Positions 57,664 to 64,000 of a stretch of DNA of 64,000 nucleotides are shown here, piece by piece. Each line of letters opens with the position of its first letter. Positions within the stretch are counted from its first letter, which is position 1. The notes beneath the pieces are model-generated. The model saw nothing but the letters and a program-made list of their open reading frames with translations. It made no database searches and had not been told where the DNA came from. Source of the DNA: an uncultured Candidatus Saccharibacteria bacterium (GTDB taxonomy: Bacteria > Patescibacteriota > Saccharimonadia > Saccharimonadales > Saccharimonadaceae); the NCBI GenBank assembly GCA_947367795.1, contig CANBER010000001.1, positions 1,498-65,497 of the forward strand, read 5' to 3'. A program made the position numbers and the translations under genes.

Positions 57664-58143
57664 TTAAGGCTTTTTCCGATAATTTGCAATTGCCGCAGCC
57701 AACGCCTCGTGCCCTAAGACCGAACAATGCACTTTGTGTTCAGGTAGACCGCCGAGGTAGGCAGTAATAGTTTCGGGTCCCACGGTGAGAGCTTCATCCA
57801 AAGTTTTACCTTTAATTAGTTCGGAAAGGGCCGAAGTCGCGGCAATTGCACTGGCGCAACCGTAGGTCTTCCAGCGAACGTCAGAAATCTTGCCGTCCTT
57901 GATCACTAAAAACATTTTCATTTGGTCACCACAGACCGGATTCCCTACAACACCTATGGCATCACAGGCGAATTGTGCTTCGTCGCCCATGAGGAAATTG
58001 CACGGGTTCAAAAAATGTTCTTTTACCAGGTCAGAATAAACCCAAGAAGTACTCGGAGATGCCCCAGAAGTAATTTTAGTATTGACTTTTTCACAATTCT
58101 GTGCTATAATGGAAGTATGGGGGGTGTTTTCAGATTGAGACAT
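57664..58143 (-). CDS. iscU: Fe-S scaffold IscU/NifU-like
   Basis: YSDLVKEHFLNP; GNPVCGD; YGCASAIA; KVHCS. Confidence 0.92.
   Translation of the reverse strand: MSQSENTPHTSIIAQNCEKVNTKITSGASPSTSWVYSDLVKEHFLNPCNFLMGDEAQFACDAIGVVGNPVCGDQMKMFLVIKDGKISDVRWKTYGCASAIAATSALSELIKGKTLDEALTVGPETITAYLGGLPEHKVHCSVLGHEALAAAIANYRKKP
58082..58124 (+). promoter_or_regulatory. signature promoter copy inside the iscU 5' end, pointing antisense into iscS
   Basis: TATTGACTTTTTCACAATTCTGTGCTATAATGGAAGTATGGGG. Confidence 0.65.
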
Positions 58144-59287
58144 CCTTTTCTCCTAGTTTAATGGTACTCATGTCACGCAGACGAGCGATAATCGGCGGCA
58201 GGACCTGCATTACTCGTTCAATGTCTGCCTCAGTAGTGTCCAGCCCGAGCGCAAAGCGAATGCTGTTGTGGGCAATCTCGGCATCGTGCTTGGTGGCCAT
58301 AATGACGTGACTGGGGCGCAAATCGCCTGCTGCGCAGGCGCTGCCCGTGCCAACGTAAATTCCCTGCTCGCTGAGATAAAGTTGAATGCTTTCGCCTTCT
58401 GCAGCGGCAAAGCTGAGATTAAGAATATGAGGCAAGGAATGCTCGGCCGGGGTATTACAAGTGCAATATGGAATTTCTTGCAATATTCTCTGCTTCAACT
58501 CGTTGCGCAGCTTGGCGACCCCAGCCCACTTCCGGCAGCTCCAGTGATCCCAGCACCAAGCAGCTGCAGCGCCAAATCCGGCAATGCCGATAATATTGGT
58601 TGTCCCGGCGCGACGGCGATTTTCTTGATGGCCACCCAGAATCAGGGGGTGATACGGGCTCCCCTGCTTCACGTAAAGGACACCAACGCCGATGGGGCCA
58701 CCGATTTTGTGAGCGGAAAGCGTCATATAATCAACACCGAGCGTCCGGACGTCGATTTTGATTTTACCAAAGGCTTGCGTAGCGTCAGTATGCACGAAAA
58801 TGTTGTGCTTTTTACAATGTTTAGCAATCGCGGCGAGCGGTTCTAAAGTACCGATTTCGTTATTAGCCAGCATGACCGATACCAGGTCGACATCAGGTGA
58901 TATATCCGCTGGAGATACACGCCCTTCGGCATCTACGGGCAGGATAGTGACTTGGCTAGCACGAGCTTTGGCAGATTCAAGAACGCTAGGATGTTCAATC
59001 GCGCTCACAGCAACCTTGCGGTCGCGAAAGGTTTCCATGACGGTATTATTCGACTCACTGCCACCGCTAGTGAAGATAATTTCTGCGGGATCGGCGTTGA
59101 TCAAACGGGCAATTTGGCTACGGGCAGCCTCGACAATCTGGTGCGCCATATGACCACGCTGATGCAGACTTGAAGCATTGCCATAATCGGCAAGTAGGGC
59201 TTCTTGCATTTGCTGTTTCACGATTGGAAGCAGCGGCATGGTGGCAGCGTGATCGAGGTAAATCGGATGGTCGGATTGCTCTAACAT
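58130..59287 (-). CDS. iscS: cysteine desulfurase
   Basis: YLDHAATMP; SAHKIGGP; TGSACAAG. Confidence 0.93.
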   Translation of the reverse strand: MLEQSDHPIYLDHAATMPLLPIVKQQMQEALLADYGNASSLHQRGHMAHQIVEAARSQIARLINADPAEIIFTSGGSESNNTVMETFRDRKVAVSAIEHPSVLESAKARASQVTILPVDAEGRVSPADISPDVDLVSVMLANNEIGTLEPLAAIAKHCKKHNIFVHTDATQAFGKIKIDVRTLGVDYMTLSAHKIGGPIGVGVLYVKQGSPYHPLILGGHQENRRRAGTTNIIGIAGFGAAAAWCWDHWSCRKWAGVAKLRNELKQRILQEIPYCTCNTPAEHSLPHILNLSFAAAEGESIQLYLSEQGIYVGTGSACAAGDLRPSHVIMATKHDAEIAHNSIRFALGLDTTEADIERVMQVLPPIIARLRDMSTIKLGEKDVSI

Positions 59288-59385
59288 TGGTTTAAAAATT
59301 CCTCAATCCTAGCCGTCATGACTGCTTCAGTAAGTTCTGTGGTCACGGATTTGCTTTGATCTGAAGTTGATTCGTTTTCTGACAT
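59281..59385 (-). CDS. 34-aa acidic peptide (not in the ORF track)
   Basis: ATG after AAAGGA, 2 nt past the folA stop; its TAG overlaps the iscS start. Confidence 0.4.
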   Translation of the reverse strand: MSENESTSDQSKSVTTELTEAVMTARIEEFLNQC

Positions 59386-59387
59386 GA

Positions 59388-59867
59388 TCATCCTTTTCTA
59401 GTATATTTAATAATCTGATAATTTGTATTGTCGAAAGTACCACTCTGCAAGACCTCCTGCCGCCAAGCATTACGGTCAAAGTCTGGGAAATAAGTATCGG
59501 CGGGACGGCTCGCGGCAACTTCTGTCAAATACAGCACGTCGGCGAGCGGAAGAAACTTCTGATACAAACTGGCGCCGCCAATGATAAATTTAGGGCCGTC
59601 GTGCGATGATATCCAAGTGTCGAGTTCCGCCGCATTACACCACGTGATATTGTGCTGGTCGCCTTTGGTACGCGAGAGGATGATATTGTCTCGCCCTGGT
59701 AGGGCACGGCCGATACTTTGAAAAGTTTTTCGCCCCATGATCACAGGGTGTCCCATGGTAGTTCGTTTGAAAAACTGCATATCCTCTGGGATTTGCCAGA
59801 GTAATTTGCCATCTCGACCAAGACCACCGTCCTGACTGACACAAGCGATGAGATTAAGATCGTGCAT
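59388..59867 (-). CDS. folA: dihydrofolate reductase
   Basis: LLWQIPEDMQFFK; IMGRKTF; IIGGASLY; DTYFP. Confidence 0.96.
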   Translation of the reverse strand: MHDLNLIACVSQDGGLGRDGKLLWQIPEDMQFFKRTTMGHPVIMGRKTFQSIGRALPGRDNIILSRTKGDQHNITWCNAAELDTWISSHDGPKFIIGGASLYQKFLPLADVLYLTEVAASRPADTYFPDFDRNAWRQEVLQSGTFDNTNYQIIKYTRKG

Positions 59868-60367
59868 TACTCTATCCTCATAATGTTACCGGTGCCGTAT
59901 TCGAGATGGAGGAGTCTTTGGTTTCTTGAACCGCGAAACTTGAGGGTGAGATCTCGCTCACTCAAGACAAAGGGCCCGTCGATCAGAGCGTCGAGACTCT
60001 TTAAGAACTCCCATTTGGCGCCGCCGGCGGCTCTTAACTCGTCGTAGACGTAGCCGCTAAAGCTCCAAACGTTCCAGCCAAGCTGCTCGCGGCACCAATC
60101 GGCGATAATTTTGCAGGCTTCTGGCTGTTCAAAGGGCTCGCCGCCACAAAAGGTGATTCCAGCTTGCCCCTTGAACTCGGAAAGCCGAGCGCAGACTTCG
60201 TCTACTGGTACTAGCATACCGGCGCGGAAATCCCAGGTTTCAGGGTTTTGGCATCCGGGACACCGGCGAGCGCAACCCTGAGTCCAGAGGACGGCGCGCA
60301 GACCGTAGCCATTAACAATACTGTCACGTTCGAGAGGTCCAGAGAGACGAATTTGCTGCGCCGACAT
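59867..60367 (-). CDS. nrdG: anaerobic RNR activase
   Basis: NGYGLRAVLWTQGC; CARRCPGC radical-SAM motif; RGSRNQ. Confidence 0.95.
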   Translation of the reverse strand: MSAQQIRLSGPLERDSIVNGYGLRAVLWTQGCARRCPGCQNPETWDFRAGMLVPVDEVCARLSEFKGQAGITFCGGEPFEQPEACKIIADWCREQLGWNVWSFSGYVYDELRAAGGAKWEFLKSLDALIDGPFVLSERDLTLKFRGSRNQRLLHLEYGTGNIMRIE

Positions 60368-60370
60368 AGG

Positions 60371-62716
60371 TTATTTTTTGCCCGTCATTGAAGTTTGATT
60401 GTGCTTCACCGCTTCGCGCTTGCATTTTTCCTCGGTGGAATAAACCCCGGCGACATTATGCTTGACGCGGTCATGCTCTTCGGCCTTCTTACCATCATTC
60501 CAGCGCTCGAGACTACCTACGAGATAGCCGGTAATCCGCCTGAGCCGTTCGAACGGCACGTCGTCTTCGTGACGTCCACAGGAAGGACAACGGTCTCCAT
60601 CGATGATGCCCGAATAGCCACAGATTGGATCACGATCGACCGGATGGTTGACGGAACCGTAGCCGATGCCGGATTCTTTCATTTTGCGGATTACAGCTTC
60701 GAAAGCATCGATGTTCTGCGTGGGGTCGCCGTCCAGTTCGATATAAGTAATATGGCCGGCGTTACAAAGTGCATGATAGGGAGCTTCAATCTCAATCTTC
60801 TCGAAAGCACCGATCGGATAGTAGACTGGCACATGGAAGCTGTTAGTATAATAATCGCGGTCAGTGACGCCGGCGATTTTGCCATATTCTTTGCGATCCA
60901 TCTTGGTAAAGCGTCCAGCGAGACCCTCGGCGGGAGTTGCAAGTAGAGTAAAATTGAGATGATATTTCTTACTATAAGCATCACAACGCTCGCGCATATG
61001 GGTAATAATGTCAAGACCAAGCTCGCGAGATTCGGGGTCTTCGCCGTGGTGCTTGCCGACCATAGCCACCAGACATTCTGCCAAACCGATGAAACCAATG
61101 CTTAAAGTACCGTGTTTGACAACATCACGCAAAGTGTCATCCCAATTGAGCTTCTCGCTGCCGAACCAGTTGCCTTCGCCCATGAGGAAGGGGAAATTAC
61201 GCACATGCTGATTCGCCTGGAACTCGTAGCGTTCGAGGAGCTGCTCGGCGACAAGATCCATTTTTCCGTCAAGATCTTTGTAAAAACCGGACCAGTCAGC
61301 CTCTTTACGCTCACCCAAGGCGATACCATGTTTAATTCCTAAACGCACCAAGTTGATTGTGGTGAAGCTACAGTTGCCACGCCCAGTCGCGATGCCGTCA
61401 CTTTCGGGAAAAACGCTACCAAAAACGCGGGTACGACAACCCATGGTAGCGATTTCGGTACGGTAATCGCCGGGTTTGTAGCTTTTGAGATTGAACGGCG
61501 CGTCGATGAAGACAAAATTGGGGAAGAGGCGCTTAGCTGAAACTTCCATACTCTTCTTGAAGAGATCGTAATTCGGGTCTTCGGGGTTGTAATTAATACC
61601 TTCTTTTACCTTAAAAATCGAAATTGGGAAAATTGGAGTCTCGCCATGACCGAGACCATCTTCAGTAGCTTCAAGTAGGCACTTACTCACAAGCCTGCCC
61701 GCTGGAGTGGTATCAGTACCGAAGTTGATGCTAGTAAATGGCACCTGAGCACCCGCACGGCTATGCATAGTGTTAAGGTTGTGAATGAAACCTTCCATAG
61801 CTTGAAAAGTTTGGCGCTCGACGTCTTCGTTGGCACTCTCAACGATCTCGTTCGGTAACTTAAGCTTTTTGATGGCTTTGTCGTCGCCGTAAGCAAGATC
61901 TTCGGGAATTTTAACGGTGATTTCTTTATTTCCACTGAAGCGATTGTACTGGCGAATGGCACGGCTTAATGCCTTGCGGAAGCTTTTGTCGACGCCTGGA
62001 GCCATAGCATAGTCAAAGTTGGGGATACTTTGGCCACCATGCTGCTCATTCTGATTAGCTTGAAGAATAATGGCGGCAAGCGCACCATAGCTACCGATAC
62101 TATTTGGAGTACGGAGATGTCCGTGGCCAGTATTGAAGCCTCCATCAGCAAAGAGTTGCAGCGGATCGGTTTGACAGCAAGTCAAGGTGCCAGTGGCATA
62201 GAAATCAAGATCGTGGACATGAATATCTCCGTTGTCATGAGCCTTGGCAAATTCCGGTTTCATCAATAAGGTTTTGGCAAAAATCTTGGCACCTTCTGCA
62301 CCAAACTGTAGCATCTTACCCATGGCGGAATTACCATCGACGTTAGCATTGCTACGTTTCACATCGGAATCTTCAGAAGCATCGGCAATTGCAATGGTAC
62401 GATAAGTGTTCATCAAATTGCTCTTAGCCTCGCGTACACGATTACGCTCTTGGCGATAAGTAATATATTCTTTGGCGGTACGCTTGAAAGCTGACTCCAT
62501 CAAAACGTCTTCGACAATGTCCTGGATCTGCTCGACGCTTGGAGTGCGTTGCTTAATGGTAGCCTCAGCACGTTTGACGGCTTTGTCGGCAATTTGTTTC
62601 GCACGATCGTGCTTAAACTCCTCAGTGGAGAGTCCAGCTTTAGTAATGGCTTCAGTAATTTTATTCGGATCAAAATCAGCGATTTTCCCATCCCGTTTGA
62701 CAATTTTTTTGAACAT
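60371..62716 (-). CDS. nrdD: anaerobic ribonucleoside-triphosphate reductase with ATP cone
   Basis: VKRDG ATP cone; HVHDLD; RRITGYL glycyl-radical motif. Confidence 0.97.
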   Translation of the reverse strand: MFKKIVKRDGKIADFDPNKITEAITKAGLSTEEFKHDRAKQIADKAVKRAEATIKQRTPSVEQIQDIVEDVLMESAFKRTAKEYITYRQERNRVREAKSNLMNTYRTIAIADASEDSDVKRSNANVDGNSAMGKMLQFGAEGAKIFAKTLLMKPEFAKAHDNGDIHVHDLDFYATGTLTCCQTDPLQLFADGGFNTGHGHLRTPNSIGSYGALAAIILQANQNEQHGGQSIPNFDYAMAPGVDKSFRKALSRAIRQYNRFSGNKEITVKIPEDLAYGDDKAIKKLKLPNEIVESANEDVERQTFQAMEGFIHNLNTMHSRAGAQVPFTSINFGTDTTPAGRLVSKCLLEATEDGLGHGETPIFPISIFKVKEGINYNPEDPNYDLFKKSMEVSAKRLFPNFVFIDAPFNLKSYKPGDYRTEIATMGCRTRVFGSVFPESDGIATGRGNCSFTTINLVRLGIKHGIALGERKEADWSGFYKDLDGKMDLVAEQLLERYEFQANQHVRNFPFLMGEGNWFGSEKLNWDDTLRDVVKHGTLSIGFIGLAECLVAMVGKHHGEDPESRELGLDIITHMRERCDAYSKKYHLNFTLLATPAEGLAGRFTKMDRKEYGKIAGVTDRDYYTNSFHVPVYYPIGAFEKIEIEAPYHALCNAGHITYIELDGDPTQNIDAFEAVIRKMKESGIGYGSVNHPVDRDPICGYSGIIDGDRCPSCGRHEDDVPFERLRRITGYLVGSLERWNDGKKAEEHDRVKHNVAGVYSTEEKCKREAVKHNQTSMTGKK

Positions 62717-62773
62717 AAAAAATATTACCTCCTGTTTTTACTGTTCATAAATTTTTGTTTAAAATTGTGTTTG

Positions 62774-62821
62774 ACCCTACATCTAGTGTCTATATCAATT
62801 TTAAGACACTATATATGGTGT
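62774..62821 (-). promoter_or_regulatory. tandem NrdR boxes overlapping the nrdD promoter
   Basis: minus strand ACACCATATATAGTGT (62806-62821) and ACACTAGATGTAGGGT (62774-62789), 32 bp apart; TTGACA-17-TAAAAT. Confidence 0.75.
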
Positions 62822-62854
62822 GTCAATAAATTTTACGTTGTATTTATTACAACA

Positions 62855-64000
62855 TTACGCTTGTGTTTGAAATTTCTTATATAGTTCAATTACGGCAAGC
62901 GGGATGAAGAAGGCAGCCACAACGGTAAGGATAAGTGGCCAGAACGGCACAGCCACGGTGCCAGTGATCGGTTGAAGTGGGCCAAAGAGGGCGGAGATTT
63001 GCAGCAAAATGGCTACTACTAGAGCCCACCAAAAGGCATGGTGACGAACTTTGAAACGGCGTGCTACCGAATCGTAGTGTCCCCGAGCAGCTAAGGCACT
63101 ACTCCACTGCATCACGACGAGGGCAGTAAAGGCCAAAGTATTAGCCTGAGCAGAGGAGTCCAAAAGCCAATCAGCTAGCAAATAAGTCAGAAGGGTCAGG
63201 CTCGCCATGGTGATTGCGATCACCAGCATACGGATCACCATATTAGCAGGTAGAATCGCGGCATCTTTGTGCTCAGGTTTTTGACGCAAAATTCCCTGCT
63301 CAGGAGGCTCAAGGCCGAGCGGGATTACGAGAAGTGAGTCAGTGACAAGATTAATCCATAAAATCTGAATCGGTGTCAACATTTGCGCGCCAAAGAATAA
63401 CAGGGCACCCAGCGTAGTAAGAGCTTCGCCGGCATTAGTGGCAAGAAGGTATCCGAGCATACGACGGATATTAGCAAGCACGGTACGACTTTCTTGAATG
63501 GCAGCAGTAATGTTTTTAAAATTGTTATCGAGTAGTATGATATCGCCGGCATCTTGGACGATCGATGGACTATCGCCCATAGCGATTCCGACGTGCGCCC
63601 CCACGAGAGCAGGCACGTCATTGACGCCATCACCAGTCATAGCGCAGATTTCAGTCTGCTTGATGGCGGAGAGGATGCGAAATTTATCTTCGGGGGTAAC
63701 GCGGGCAAAGATAGTAGTGTCGCGCACAAGTTCGATCAGATCCTCATCAGTGATGTTGCCTAATTTAGAACAATCTAAAACTTCGGAAACGTCACGCGCC
63801 AATCCCAGAGCTTTACCAATAGCATAAGCCGTGCTGGCATGGTCACCGGTCACCATTTTGGTCGAGACTCCCATGCGACGGTTCTGGCGAATCGCTTTAG
63901 CGGCTTCTGGGCGCAAGGCATCAGCCACGGCAACATAACCGACAAAATCAAACGAGGATTTCTTGTCGAGGCGCTGCAATTCGTTGATTTCATGGTGCAC
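62855..64000 (-). CDS. P-type cation-transporting ATPase (3' part; start lies outside the window)
   Basis: MVTGDH; MTGDGVND; QILWINLVTD. Confidence 0.95.
   Translation of the reverse strand: MHHEINELQRLDKKSSFDFVGYVAVADALRPEAAKAIRQNRRMGVSTKMVTGDHASTAYAIGKALGLARDVSEVLDCSKLGNITDEDLIELVRDTTIFARVTPEDKFRILSAIKQTEICAMTGDGVNDVPALVGAHVGIAMGDSPSIVQDAGDIILLDNNFKNITAAIQESRTVLANIRRMLGYLLATNAGEALTTLGALLFFGAQMLTPIQILWINLVTDSLLVIPLGLEPPEQGILRQKPEHKDAAILPANMVIRMLVIAITMASLTLLTYLLADWLLDSSAQANTLAFTALVVMQWSSALAARGHYDSVARRFKVRHHAFWWALVVAILLQISALFGPLQPITGTVAVPFWPLILTVVAAFFIPLAVIELYKKFQTQA

Noticed and set aside
58268-58846. Long antisense ORFs in the track (also 3727-4140, 5245-5880, 10052-10810, 43614-44132)
   Set aside because: Shadows of well-supported genes on the opposite strand, with no motifs or RBS.

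Overview
Bacterial chromosomal segment (genetic code 11), most likely Candidatus Saccharibacteria (CPR/TM7). This is an inference from gene order (rpmF-nusB-NUDIX-rnc-rpsP-khpA; gap-rpiB-rpe-pfkB-LOG), near-leaderless starts and reduced metabolism. Housekeeping genes lie almost all on the minus strand: leuS, rpsL/G, tig, ung, thyA, dut, ABC transporters, a two-component system, iscSU, folA, nrdDG and a partial P-type ATPase. They are interrupted by plus-strand ORFan units, mostly with a shared ~40-bp promoter signature and a hairpin terminator. One tRNA-Gln is present. No CRISPR array, transposase, integrase or reverse transcriptase was seen. The standout is four gene-less cassettes of exactly 203 bp with near-identical nucleotide ends and variable but open interiors. 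Each encodes the C-terminal ligand-binding part of a CLec/FISUMP-type domain. They lie in two tail-to-tail pairs (18.3-18.8 kb and 36.2-37.9 kb) beside a shared TTACGTTTT/AAAACGTAA palindrome. Two of them differ in a pattern like DGR adenine mutagenesis. This suggests a dispersed silent-cassette library for a surface protein whose expressed gene lies outside the window (inference). Start codons were adjusted by eye where stated. All counts are by hand.
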